DNA of 64,000 nt from a virus. Its lineage: Duplodnaviria; Heunggongvirae; Uroviricota; Caudoviricetes. The first letter of the stretch is position 1; every line of letters begins with the position of its first letter. Where the stretch lies: positions 304,711 through 368,710 of IMG/VR virus record IMGVR_UViG_3300015615_000629; one strand, 5' to 3'. Of this stretch, positions 40,613 to 50,792 are shown one piece after another. Made by a program: the position numbers and the translations under genes. The notes under the pieces are model-generated. The model saw nothing but the letters and a program-made list of their open reading frames with translations, searched no databases and was not told the DNA's origin.

Positions 40613-41128
40613 TCACTTGTTTCTCGATTGTGAACGACGATCCATTTTTTTAGCGTTTGATTCATAGATTTCTTTAACAAAGGATTTTAGTTCTTTAATA
40701 GAAGAATTGGTTAATTTTGGCACGTGGATCGGGCGTCCATGCGTTTTATGATCAATGTATCTTCCCTCGGTTCCTTCTTGATAAGGGACAGACCAAAACA
40801 TTTCCATAGCGGTTTTAATTACTTTTTCAACGGTTCCGCTAATAGATTCGTGATTCATATCAACGCAAACACCGCCTTCTCCATTATGGTTTCCAAGTGA
40901 AAGTGCTGAGTCGTAGTATTGTGAGCCGTACTTTAAGAGGAATTGAAAAGGAAAACTACCGGTGATTGTTATTCTTGTTTTAGATAAAGGACAAATTCGA
41001 AACACGAAAGCGTGTTCAGGGAATGACAAATAATGAATTTTTCTTCCAAAGACTATATTTCTTTTGGTTGGTGGGCAAATCACAGCGAACATTTTCTGCG
41101 ATTTATTTATTTTTATTGAGTTTTTCAT
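40613..41128 (-). CDS. Prok-E2_D-like paralogue 7
   Basis: PPTKRNI...SFPEHAF...NHNGEGGVC...FWSVPY. Confidence 0.55.
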   Translation of the reverse strand: MKNSIKINKSQKMFAVICPPTKRNIVFGRKIHYLSFPEHAFVFRICPLSKTRITITGSFPFQFLLKYGSQYYDSALSLGNHNGEGGVCVDMNHESISGTVEKVIKTAMEMFWSVPYQEGTEGRYIDHKTHGRPIHVPKLTNSSIKELKSFVKEIYESNAKKMDRRSQSRNK

Positions 41129-41597
41129 CGATTTCTTTAACAAAGGATTTTAGTTCCTTAATAGAAGATTCTTCAAACTCAGGCAGATGTACTAAGTCGC
41201 CATAGGCATAATTTTCTTTTACATATGGGCCTTCCCTCGACCAGTATGCGGTAGTCCAAAACTTGTCTATACAGGTTTTGATTGCTTCTTCAACTTCTCC
41301 ACGAATCGATTCGTGGCCTAAGCTAATGCAGACGCCGCCTTGGCCATTTCTATTTGCCGTTGAAATTGGTGCATCGTAATATTTGTTGTACTTTATCAAA
41401 ACGAATTTAAACGGATAATCTCCCGTTAGGGTTATCTTGTTGGGGCCTATAGGACGTATCGGAAATACGAACATGTGTTCTGGGAACGACAAATAATAGG
41501 CAATTGATTCGTCATATCTGATAAAGACTATATTTCTTTTGGTTGGCGGGAACACCACGGCAACCAATTTACGTTCTTTGTTTATCTTGATGTTCAT
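41103..41597 (-). CDS. Prok-E2_D-like paralogue 8
   Basis: PPTKRNI...SFPEHMF...API..NRNGQGGVC...FWTTAY. Confidence 0.55.
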   Translation of the reverse strand: MNIKINKERKLVAVVFPPTKRNIVFIRYDESIAYYLSFPEHMFVFPIRPIGPNKITLTGDYPFKFVLIKYNKYYDAPISTANRNGQGGVCISLGHESIRGEVEEAIKTCIDKFWTTAYWSREGPYVKENYAYGDLVHLPEFEESSIKELKSFVKEIDEKLNKNK

Positions 41598-42085
41598 AGA
41601 CTAGCAATAAATTCTTTTAAGTCTTCGATGGATGATTCTGTGAATTCAGGAAGATTTCCTTCTACCATTGGAAAATGTTCACATATTAATTCACCGGTAT
41701 TTCGTATCCAATGTGTTAGGAAGGAGCTTTCTTCACCCGTTGGCCATCTTACGGTCCAGAATTTTTCTATAACTAGATTAATTGTTTTCTCTAATTCCCC
41801 TTGAAAAGAGCGGTGGTCATAATCAATACATACATCTCCTTCTCTCGTGCGGCTGGCTGCTGAAATGGGTGCGACATAAAATTTATCTTGTTCTTTTAGT
41901 ACAAATTTAATTGGGTAAAACCCTCTAACTACTAGATGTTTTTCGGAGGTAAGGATTATAGGGAATATGAATAAATGTTCGGGAAATCTTAAGTTATATG
42001 CTTTGTGATCAAAAAACACGGTTCGCCGTCTCGGTGGAAACGCGACTGCAAACATCTTGTGTTGTTTGTTTATCTTAATATTCAT
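41594..42085 (-). CDS. Prok-E2_D-like paralogue 9
   Basis: PPRRRTV...RFPEHLF...API...EGDVC...FWTVRW; start MNIKINK. Confidence 0.55.
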   Translation of the reverse strand: MNIKINKQHKMFAVAFPPRRRTVFFDHKAYNLRFPEHLFIFPIILTSEKHLVVRGFYPIKFVLKEQDKFYVAPISAASRTREGDVCIDYDHRSFQGELEKTINLVIEKFWTVRWPTGEESSFLTHWIRNTGELICEHFPMVEGNLPEFTESSIEDLKEFIASL

Positions 42086-42379
42086 TTTCTGCTTTAATGG
42101 GTTCACGTTCGATGATCGTGAAACTTTCGCCATGTATTCCGTGGTGCATAAGGATTCTTATTCTTTCATTGCCTCTTTCGATTGTGAAATCAACCCAATC
42201 ATGTTGATCCCATCCTGGGTTTATATTGCCCCAATTTATCCGAGCCCCTTCAGGAAGGTAATGGAATTGCGGAGGCTTCGGTTCTGTTTTTGGTGTAGTC
42301 TTGTAAAACAAGGTGATTGGCAAAAAGGCTACAACAATCGCCACACAACACAGAAAAAACAAGCCGCCTCTGTTCATTT

Positions 42380-42925
42380 TTACTCACAATTAGGAAAGAT
42401 TTCTTCTATCTCTTTAAGGGTAAGTGATTTTTCAGGAATTTTAAAATAATTGTAATAGCTTGTTTGTGATTGTTTGGACTTGTTTGATTCTTCCCAAAGG
42501 GCCAAAGAATAAAGATATCTATCGGTAACTGATCTGTCAGACGCATGGATGGAAAACATAGACGACCAGAAATCGTTTATAGTATTTACGATAAGGTTAT
42601 ATGCTGATTTGTTCATAATCCGTTGGGCATGTCCTGTGCATACTAACCCCTCAAAATAATCAACATTTGGCAGTGTAGGTATTTGCCATTGGTTATCTAC
42701 GTGAAATAAAATTCGCAATCCTTCAAAATCTCTCTCTTGAATACAATATCGTCCTGCAACTTTATCCAGGCTTATGGTAAAGCAATGTTCGGGAATGTAT
42801 AAACAAAATGTAATAATTCGTGCCGTTGTAGTGGGTTCCAGAACAAGAACTCGTACAGTCCGCCAGCACGGCTTAAAGCAGACATAAATTAATGGAAATT
42901 CAACTCTAATGTCTAACATTTCCAA
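42380..42925 (-). CDS. Prok-E2_D-like paralogue 10
   Basis: PCWRTV...YIPEHCF...PTLPNVDYFEGLVCTG...FWSSMFS...WE; closest to the PRTRC protein B consensus. Confidence 0.65.
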   Translation of the reverse strand: MEMLDIRVEFPLIYVCFKPCWRTVRVLVLEPTTTARIITFCLYIPEHCFTISLDKVAGRYCIQERDFEGLRILFHVDNQWQIPTLPNVDYFEGLVCTGHAQRIMNKSAYNLIVNTINDFWSSMFSIHASDRSVTDRYLYSLALWEESNKSKQSQTSYYNYFKIPEKSLTLKEIEEIFPNCE

Positions 42926-43172
42926 ACCAACGTTCGTGCATTTGTTTTAAAAATGGAATATCAATGGCAATACCGTTTCCGTGTGGCAATACAGAATCTA
43001 TACCACAATATGGACAGAGAACGGTCTTTTGTTCGTCTGTAAATTCATCAAACATGCTCGAATCAAATATCTTTAAACAATAGAAACAACCGCAATATTC
43101 AGCGTCGATACATTTCTCTACGTTGTTTCTAGAAACCTTGTGTGCTTCTTTTAGAAAATCATCCATTAACAT
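42906..43172 (-). CDS. Small Zn-binding protein
   Basis: CGCFYC...CPYCGIDSV. Confidence 0.7.
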   Translation of the reverse strand: MLMDDFLKEAHKVSRNNVEKCIDAEYCGCFYCLKIFDSSMFDEFTDEQKTVLCPYCGIDSVLPHGNGIAIDIPFLKQMHERWFGNVRH

Positions 43173-44464
43173 GGACCTTTCATAGAAAATAAGCCCGTAA
43201 GATATTTTCTAATGGTTGTTAGAAGTTTGGGTTTTTGTTGTCGTTCATATTCATCATGAATTGCTTTGGCGACTTCTAGATAGTCTTGTTTAATGTGTCC
43301 TGGGATTCTTTCGTCACTCCAACCGTGGAATTCACGGGATTTGGCTATGGCATCTTCCAAATGTTTTAATTGATTGATATAGTTATTTTTAGCATATTCC
43401 CATTGGCGTGGAGAATGATGAAACAATTCTACTGCTGAACATATGATCCAGCCTTCTACAAGTTGCTCGCTTAAAAATCTCCAAGGGTCGGTCGTATGGT
43501 GGTTACATTCGGCTGCTTCCCATAATTCGAGCAATAATTTAGAGTCAAGTTCTGTGTTGGGTTTTTCGAGATTTTCTTTGCCGATGCTTTTGAGCAAGGT
43601 TAATACTCGGCCTTGAATTCTGCTTATCTTTTTCTCTAAATCTGCTTTTTCTTGTTTTAAATCATCGACAATTTTCTCAACGTGCTTGCATTCATCACAC
43701 AAGAGCGTTCCTTCTTTACGACATACTTTGCATGCTATGTAGCACATTATTATTCCTCTAAAGTCTTTTTGGTGAGCCCGCGTTGACGAGCAAACTCTTC
43801 GAAAAACAGATAAGTAGTTTTTAGGGAATAGAATCTAGTTCTATCTATAAAATCCTCGGTTCTGCTCGATGGCAATGGTTCGTATTCCCATTCCATTTGT
43901 TTGTTAAGACATTGACCAAATATAGAGCAAATTGCCCAAACATTTTCTCCACGAGATTCAATATTTATTGATTTGTTGACAGAGAAACGTGTTGCTTTTG
44001 GAAAGAGGTGTTTTGCTAACGCTTCATCAGATAGTTCAGGGCTCATTTTGTCCTGTCTTGCGAAAACACAGATTTCAATTCTTCTTCAGACAGTTGAGTC
44101 ACCGCTTTTGAGAATTCTTTGTAACCTTCAGGGTTGCTTGGAGTACGGGTGTTAAGGGGGCTTGTCGCAAGCCATTCTTCAATTTGTCGGCGTTGCCTAA
44201 TCCGCCGCCATTTAAGCATTGAAGAAATGCTTAATATTGGCAATAAAAATATCATAAAAGGCCAACCAACCGCTACCCCTGCTACGATAACATGGACAGT
44301 TATTGGAGAAATTCTGTCCTTTGTGGCGAGGGCTAACAACTTTCCAATTATCTTTTTATCTTCTTGCCGATGACTTGGATCATATGTACACAGCAGAATT
44401 AGGCACATTACAAATATGTAAATAATTGTACTAACTACGGCGAATATAAATTGATCTTCAGACA

Positions 44465-46000
44465 TTACCAATCTCCGGAGGCACCGCCGCCACTAAAGCC
44501 AGAATCGGAAGAACTTGACCCGCTATCAAAACTAGAGGACGAAGAACCACTATCAAAACTAGAAGAACTAGAGTCCCAACTAGATGATACTCCCCCGCCG
44601 CTAAAGCCAGAAGAGCTACTTGAACTTGTATAATTGGACGAGTAATCCGTTTGTGGAGGAGGTGTTGGTGCGGGTTCCGGACGTTCTGCCTTCTCGCACA
44701 GTTTTTCTATGAGAAGTAGATTCAAATACCAATCCAATGGATCGGAGCCTCTATTGCCGATATCACGAGTCGCTTGCTCATAATATTTGCGATTAGATTT
44801 TGATACTTTCTTTTCAATTTTTCTCAATCTTTCATTGATCTTCTGTTCAAGTTCCGGCCCGAGCCGCTTAGCCTCTTCCGTTTTCTGTTCTCGTTCTTCA
44901 ATGCGAGTTAAAAGGCTTCTGGCGTTAGTCTTATTTGTTTCGGCTAGTTTTAAAGTATCTCGCCAATCGTGGGGTTCTGAGATACTGGAAAGTTTTGCAT
45001 GGTCGTCGCAAATCTTGTCCAAATGAGCCGATTCCGCTGCTTTCAAATCTTTGATTTTGATTGTGGCGATATATTCCTTTGTCTTGTCTAATACCGCCGC
45101 CAAACCAGACTTAGCATTTCTTATTGCGGAAAGTGTTTTCTTATATAGACCGGCTTCGTCAACCACTTGCTCAATAGTTTCGCAGTCGGCATCAAAATTA
45201 GAATCAAATATTGAAGGGACACGAGGGAATGCTCCTGGCCTGTTAAAAACACCAGGGGCTTCGGCATCTAGTTCTGAAAAGTCAATCTGGGCTTGTACGT
45301 TTTGGGTGCCATATCGTTCTATCAAATCCTCGCATCGTCGCCTTCTCGATTGTCGTCCCAAATACCACTTAATAAATGCCACCAAAGCGAAGCCTCCAAC
45401 TACTCCGAAAAAGAACAATAAAATTGTTATAACAACTCCTGTGTTGTCCGACTTTTCAGCTTTGGCCTCGCTTGTTCTTTCTGAAGGCCGTGCAAAGGGT
45501 TCTTGTCGGGATTCTTGAAAAACCGGTTTTTCTTGTCGTGGAGGAGGCGTAACAGGCGTAAGGGCCAGAACAACCTGTTGTGTTCCGACCATAATTCCTG
45601 ATTGAAAATCTTTGCGTTTAAAGGCTGGAATTACATCATTTTGCATAATTCTATTGGCTGCTGCTTCGGTAAAGATTGAGGTAACAATACCATCACTGAT
45701 TTCAAATCTGGCTTTCCGTTCTTTTCGGGAAACCAAAAACAGAACGGCACCTTTCTTCTCTCTGTCAAGGTGCATTTTGTTGGCTAATTCACGGGTATAA
45801 TGTTCGATAGAATCCCCGCCCATGTCGTTAATTGTAACAACCGCAATCCTGTAGGGCGTGGTGTTGTTAAAATCGGCTAATTGCCGTTCTAGGGCGGAAG
45901 CCATGTTGGGAGACAAGAAATGGGCTTCATCGGTAACATGGGTAGCTGGGGCTTCGACTTGGCAAAGCACTACGGTTGCCAAAAGAATAGCATGGATCAT
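44465..46000 (-). CDS. TPM-domain (YgcG-like) membrane protein with long helical insert
   Basis: Signal peptide; VTDEAHFLS...AVVTI...GAVLFLVS..ERKARFE...IPAFK; TM segment; Gly/Ser tail ending SGGGASGDW. Confidence 0.88.
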   Translation of the reverse strand: MIHAILLATVVLCQVEAPATHVTDEAHFLSPNMASALERQLADFNNTTPYRIAVVTINDMGGDSIEHYTRELANKMHLDREKKGAVLFLVSRKERKARFEISDGIVTSIFTEAAANRIMQNDVIPAFKRKDFQSGIMVGTQQVVLALTPVTPPPRQEKPVFQESRQEPFARPSERTSEAKAEKSDNTGVVITILLFFFGVVGGFALVAFIKWYLGRQSRRRRCEDLIERYGTQNVQAQIDFSELDAEAPGVFNRPGAFPRVPSIFDSNFDADCETIEQVVDEAGLYKKTLSAIRNAKSGLAAVLDKTKEYIATIKIKDLKAAESAHLDKICDDHAKLSSISEPHDWRDTLKLAETNKTNARSLLTRIEEREQKTEEAKRLGPELEQKINERLRKIEKKVSKSNRKYYEQATRDIGNRGSDPLDWYLNLLLIEKLCEKAERPEPAPTPPPQTDYSSNYTSSSSSSGFSGGGVSSSWDSSSSSFDSGSSSSSFDSGSSSSDSGFSGGGASGDW

Positions 46001-46031
46001 TCGTTTTCCTTGTGAGTAAAGAACTTCCGTT

Positions 46032-46060
46032 ATAGTAGCGTAAGCAGCCAGAAATGTCAA
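46032..46060 (-). promoter_or_regulatory. Sigma70-like promoter
   Basis: TTGACA-N17-TACTAT. Confidence 0.65.
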
Positions 46061-46079
46061 TTTCCGGCATAAATAGCCT

Positions 46080-46784
46080 ATGCGAACGTTTCAAGAATGG
46101 CTATTACGAGAATCGATGGATGTTAGGGTTGTTGATGCACCTTACCAACACAAACAAGAAGACCTCCTAGATTTGTCTCATGTATTATTTCATAAGGTCT
46201 TTGACAAGGCTTGGGAGCGTTGGACTCCCGAACAACAGAAATATTGGCGTGCTGGTTTTGGCAATTTGGAAACTTTAAGCCCAGATGGCAATGATCATTT
46301 TAAAGAAACTGGCACTTTGAATCTTTATATGCGTCCAATTCATCCCGAACTTCGTCCCAAGGTTCTGGAAGGAATAAAGTATTTTCTGAAGGATTTGGGT
46401 GCTGAATTCGGCCCTTTTAGAGAAGAAAAAGGGACTGACGGAGACGTTCGAGTGGTTAGAATCCCGATTCTTAAGATGCCTGCTACGCAACAACAACCAC
46501 CGAGTTTAAATTTAAGTAATGCCAACGCCTACGATATCTTTTCTGGTTTATTAAACTACAAGTCCGACGATCACTATTATAAAATTCCCGTAAGGGATTT
46601 GTTAATGAAAATAGACATGCTTTCCCAGCATCAAACACAGTCAGCCGAACGTCCGACTTCTCAAGATGGCAATTTTATAGATATGGGTTTGTCCCAACAA
46701 CAAATTGATGTTAGATTGGGTAAAATAAGAGAAATTGCCAAATGGGCTATGGACAACCATTACGATTACATTAGCGTGTCCTAA
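46080..46784 (+). CDS. Candidate capsid-internal protein
   Basis: MRTFQEWLLRE N-terminus; CATAAATA 4 nt upstream. Confidence 0.6.
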   Translation: MRTFQEWLLRESMDVRVVDAPYQHKQEDLLDLSHVLFHKVFDKAWERWTPEQQKYWRAGFGNLETLSPDGNDHFKETGTLNLYMRPIHPELRPKVLEGIKYFLKDLGAEFGPFREEKGTDGDVRVVRIPILKMPATQQQPPSLNLSNANAYDIFSGLLNYKSDDHYYKIPVRDLLMKIDMLSQHQTQSAERPTSQDGNFIDMGLSQQQIDVRLGKIREIAKWAMDNHYDYISVS

Positions 46785-47284
46785 TCGAGAATAGTTATGT
46801 TAATATTGTCTGCTGTGATTTTCTTGTTAAAAACACATCTCGTTTCGAAAATTAGTCCGTTCTTTAAATTTTCTATAAACTTTTCTGTATCGGATTGAGA
46901 AAAATAGGAATAGGAAAAGACCGATGTAAAGAAATAATTTAAAACTTTAATATATTGTTTCTCGTGTATGTGCTTAGTAATGATATGTGCGTCTTGACCA
47001 AAACAGATATATCCACCTCCGGAGATGTTTTCGATAAGAGGGACATGGATATCTTCGGTACAAACGTACACATAAGGTTTATACAACCGGTTTTGACTAT
47101 TCAAAATATAGAAATTTAGTGTTGGGAATTCAACAAAATATCTATTTTCGGTGTAGTTGTGACATCTGTAAACAATAGTCCGCTTGTGTTGTTCGACTTT
47201 GATTTTGGTTACAGAGACATCTTGCCATATATTTAAATTGCTACCGAGATGTATGATAAATTGTACATCTTCAGATGTGTGCAT
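46781..47284 (-). CDS. Prok-E2_D-like paralogue 11
   Basis: HKRTI...EFPTLNF...PLIENISGGGYICFG...FFTSVFS. Confidence 0.65.
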   Translation of the reverse strand: MHTSEDVQFIIHLGSNLNIWQDVSVTKIKVEQHKRTIVYRCHNYTENRYFVEFPTLNFYILNSQNRLYKPYVYVCTEDIHVPLIENISGGGYICFGQDAHIITKHIHEKQYIKVLNYFFTSVFSYSYFSQSDTEKFIENLKNGLIFETRCVFNKKITADNINITILD

Positions 47285-47496
47285 TACGTTTCATTCCAAA
47301 TCGGACTGCTTAATGGCTGGAAATGGAAATTCGGATTATTGAAGATTTTGTCATAATAGCCACGATTGGTTCGGAAGTGTTTGCACATTGCAACCCAGCG
47401 ATTGGCTGAAATATGCGGCGTATAGATATTTTCTTCGGGCTTGTCTTCCCCATTTTGGGTGACATAGAAAAAGAAATCGACCAGTCTCATTGTAAC

Positions 47497-47524
47497 ATCA
47501 TAGCATAGAATGGCAGATTTTCAA
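47497..47524 (-). promoter_or_regulatory. Sigma70-like promoter, leaderless
   Basis: TTGAAA-N16-TATGAT with TGC, 6 nt before the ATG at 47490. Confidence 0.65.
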
Positions 47525-47529
47525 CTTGC

Positions 47530-48468
47530 CTATATGCCCAAGATTTCTTTGCACCACTCTGCCCCGAAGTATTCTTTGGCAAACTGTCTCAGACTTTCAG
47601 CGTCAGAACTGGTTCTAAACTTTTTTAAATAGTTTGTCGCGCCAGATTCATTATTGTAAATTTTCATCAATCGATCCGTATTCCACATTACAAAATTCTT
47701 GAATTGCGTGTCATCATAAGAAGAATCGTTCTCTTTAATCGCTTTTGCTAATGCGATTGTATAAACAGTGAATTCCATTGAATATTGTACTGTTTCAGAA
47801 CGTTCTTGAATTTGAAGGTCTGCTCTCACTGCGGATCCTCCAACGTATGCATTCCATTCATCACAGATGTAAAGTGGCGTATCGCCCCATGAGCGGGCTT
47901 GTTGAATCATGTAAAGATTAAATACGTCGCCTCTTAAAGAACTAGGCACTAATCTCGCGGCAGCGGAAATAGTTGTACTGGGTTCTTGAATTACAACTGC
48001 TCTGTTTTCTAGGCAATAAAAGCCATTGACTCTTCCGCCACTCCAAATTTCATGAAAAACTAATGGTCTTCTGAACAAGCCTCTGCGAATTACATAAGTG
48101 TTAATTAAACCGCCATAATTGGCGTTGCGGATATTGGCGTGAATGCCGTGCAGACATTCATGTCCGTCAGTGATAAGGTCAGAATCTCCGTAAATATGCC
48201 CTGCTGGAAGGTGCGATTCAATATCCGACAAAATCTTTCCATATCTTGGATTGTTGACTGTTCTAACTGGTGGCCAATTTATGAACTCCGGTTCTGGAGT
48301 TAAAGGTTTTTGCTCTTCTGGTTCTTGCTCAGGAATTGGTTGATCGAAATATCTTTGATCGAATTGATCTTGAACAATCGGCAGTTCTTTCTTGCTGTCC
48401 TTGAAAATTACGAAACAGACCAAAACAATAGTTTGTAAAATAACTATTTTCTTTAGAATCCCTTCCAT
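47530..48468 (-). CDS. Exported or anchored HExxH metallopeptidase-like protein
   Basis: N-terminal TM segment; GHECLHGIH...DEWNAY. Confidence 0.55.
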   Translation of the reverse strand: MEGILKKIVILQTIVLVCFVIFKDSKKELPIVQDQFDQRYFDQPIPEQEPEEQKPLTPEPEFINWPPVRTVNNPRYGKILSDIESHLPAGHIYGDSDLITDGHECLHGIHANIRNANYGGLINTYVIRRGLFRRPLVFHEIWSGGRVNGFYCLENRAVVIQEPSTTISAAARLVPSSLRGDVFNLYMIQQARSWGDTPLYICDEWNAYVGGSAVRADLQIQERSETVQYSMEFTVYTIALAKAIKENDSSYDDTQFKNFVMWNTDRLMKIYNNESGATNYLKKFRTSSDAESLRQFAKEYFGAEWCKEILGI

Positions 48469-48498
48469 GTAATTATATATGGTTTACTATTTTAATTC

Positions 48499-49320
48499 AT
48501 GTATTTACCTGAATTAAACAAAAATCTACTTACGAGCCTTTTAGAAGAAAACCTAACACTAACTCAAATCGGTAAGAAATATAATTGCAGCCGTCAATTT
48601 GTGGCCCGAAGACTTCGAAGTTTTGGAATAGAATACGAACACCGGCCCGTCAAGTATCCAGTTGATGTTGACTTTTTTAACAAATGGTCGCATAAAATGG
48701 CCTATATTTTAGGTTTTATTATGGCAGATGGCTGTGTTAATTTTCAAAAACGCTACAACAGATACAGATTAAAAATTGAATTACAATTACGTGATATTGA
48801 GATTTTACAATTTATTCGCGACCAAATAAGCCCAACCAGACCCATTCAAGATAATATAATTAGAGTCAATAAAAGTGGCTCGATTTCGTATGTGGCATGT
48901 TTATCTTTATCGATAAAAAAAGAAATGTTTGATCGTCTTGGAACATTAGGAGTAGTACCCAGAAAATCAGGAAAAGAACTTATTCCATTGGAAACCCCAA
49001 AAGAGTTTATCTGGACGTTTATTTTAGGCTACTTCGATGGTGATGGCTGTGTTCATAAAAGACAATCGAAAGATGCCGGTGGCTATGATTGGAGTATTTG
49101 CTCATCTTCTAGAAAGATAATCAAGCAAATTAAAAAGAAGATGCCGGTCGGTAAAATCGAAAAGAATAAAAAAGGCATGTGGAGAATTGGCGTGCGGAAC
49201 AAACCGCAAGTAATACAGGTTAGGGAAAAACTATATGAAAACGCTCCATTTTATCTAAAAAGAAAGCATAAACTTTTACAAGAAGTAAGATTAGGTATTC
49301 AGAGACGCCAACATATATAG
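48499..49320 (+). CDS. Free-standing double-motif LAGLIDADG homing endonuclease with N-terminal HTH
   Basis: MAYILGFIMADG and FILGYFDGDG. Confidence 0.9.
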   Translation: MYLPELNKNLLTSLLEENLTLTQIGKKYNCSRQFVARRLRSFGIEYEHRPVKYPVDVDFFNKWSHKMAYILGFIMADGCVNFQKRYNRYRLKIELQLRDIEILQFIRDQISPTRPIQDNIIRVNKSGSISYVACLSLSIKKEMFDRLGTLGVVPRKSGKELIPLETPKEFIWTFILGYFDGDGCVHKRQSKDAGGYDWSICSSSRKIIKQIKKKMPVGKIEKNKKGMWRIGVRNKPQVIQVREKLYENAPFYLKRKHKLLQEVRLGIQRRQHI

Positions 49321-49324
49321 TTTG

Positions 49325-49738
49325 ATGAACTTTAAAGAATTCTTACTCAAAGAAATCGACGGCCCAGCCGGAATCGCCGAACCAGCCGCTATGCCAGGAG
49401 GCGGTCCTCCAATGGGAGGAGGTATGGGTGGCCCTCCATTAGGTGGAGGTCCGCCAATGGGAGGAGGTATGGGTGGCATGGACCCAATGATGGGCGGCAT
49501 GGGTGGTGGAATGGGAGGAATGGGTGGCGGAATGCCACAAGCAAGTCAACCCACAATTAATGTAAAGTTTTTAAATGTCTGGGACGTTTTGGAAAGAATT
49601 GTCGATGGCAAACCGTTTAAACATTATCAAAAAGAAGAAAAGCCATCTGGACAGCCTGCACCTCAAATGTTACAACAGGCCCAACCGCCTAATGTAGCAA
49701 ATAATGCCCCACAACAACCGAATCTTAATATTCAGTGA
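49325..49738 (+). CDS. Gly/Met/Pro-rich protein with capsid-targeting-like N-terminus
   Basis: MNFKEFLLKE; 24-nt direct repeat at 49409-49432 and 49454-49477; TATATA 5 nt upstream. Confidence 0.65.
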   Translation: MNFKEFLLKEIDGPAGIAEPAAMPGGGPPMGGGMGGPPLGGGPPMGGGMGGMDPMMGGMGGGMGGMGGGMPQASQPTINVKFLNVWDVLERIVDGKPFKHYQKEEKPSGQPAPQMLQQAQPPNVANNAPQQPNLNIQ

Positions 49739-50792
49739 TATTCACGTTCACCCACATAAAATAAGACAGTTTAAGAACCACGAACGTCTTGAAGACTGCC
49801 TTAAATGCTTATCTTGGGTGCTGGAAACCGCTAAAGACCACGATATCAAAGATATTGTCTTTGCGGGCGATCTTTTCCATGATAGGGAAAAGATTGACAT
49901 TCTCACCTATCATAGAACTTATGAGATTTTAAAACAGCATGTAAGTGAAGACAGACGCTTACATCTTCTGCTTGGCAACCACGATATTTGGTATCTTAAG
50001 AAATGCGACGTAAGCAGCGTCGTACCACTAAGAGAAATGCCAGGATTAAACGTAATATCCACCCCTTCTACAGTGGATATCGCTGGTCAACCTATCAGCT
50101 TCCTTCCCTACACTCATGATCCAATTCAAGACCTAAAATTAATCAAAAATGACCATTCATTTAAGGTTCTTTTCGGTCATTTGGCTATAGATGGAGCAGT
50201 CCTGAATTCTTCAGGAACCCAAGCGGAAGTCTCCTTAGAACACGATGGAGACATGATTAAAGTGGATAAATCCATCTTTAAAGGATGGGATCAAGTGTTT
50301 TTGGGACATTATCATGTTCCTCAGAAGTTATCCAATAAAGTTGAATATATTGGTTCCCCACTTCAGTTAGACTTCTCAGATGCTTTTCAAGAGAAGCACA
50401 TCATTATTTTCGACTTAAAAACTAAAGAAAAACAGTATATCGTTAATGATTTCAGTCCTAAACATCTAGTAATTCCCCAAAAAGATGTAGAAAAGCATAA
50501 TTTACAAAATAATTTTGTCAAAATCATAGTCGAAGATATCTCAGCCTCAGATATTGTCGATATGAGAACCGAATTACTAAAAGAACATACGTTTGGTTCA
50601 TTAGAGATAAAACCAGTTTTACAGAAAAATGATAAGAATTTGGTTTTAGATGCCAAAGCTATTCTCTTAGCAGAAGATAAGATGCTTGAGACTTATTTAA
50701 ATGAAATTGAAAAAGAAGATGGATTGAATGGGTTGGACAAGGAAAAACTACTAGAAATAGGAAAATCTATCTGTGCTGGAAGAGATAAATGA
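49704..50792 (+). CDS. Mre11/SbcD/gp47-like nuclease
   Basis: SDIH, GDLFH, GNHD and GHYH metallophosphoesterase motifs; upstream of the Rad50 gene. Confidence 0.92.
   Translation: MPHNNRILIFSDIHVHPHKIRQFKNHERLEDCLKCLSWVLETAKDHDIKDIVFAGDLFHDREKIDILTYHRTYEILKQHVSEDRRLHLLLGNHDIWYLKKCDVSSVVPLREMPGLNVISTPSTVDIAGQPISFLPYTHDPIQDLKLIKNDHSFKVLFGHLAIDGAVLNSSGTQAEVSLEHDGDMIKVDKSIFKGWDQVFLGHYHVPQKLSNKVEYIGSPLQLDFSDAFQEKHIIIFDLKTKEKQYIVNDFSPKHLVIPQKDVEKHNLQNNFVKIIVEDISASDIVDMRTELLKEHTFGSLEIKPVLQKNDKNLVLDAKAILLAEDKMLETYLNEIEKEDGLNGLDKEKLLEIGKSICAGRDK

Noticed and set aside
39129-42925. Diversity-generating retroelement behind the E2-like paralogues
   Set aside because: There is no reverse transcriptase in the window. 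The 39-nt repeat has a single mismatch, too little to show an adenine-specific pattern, and tandem duplication explains it.
44465-44640. Repeats in the Ser/Gly tail as a separate element
   Set aside because: This is the ordinary low-complexity C-terminus of TPM/YgcG proteins.
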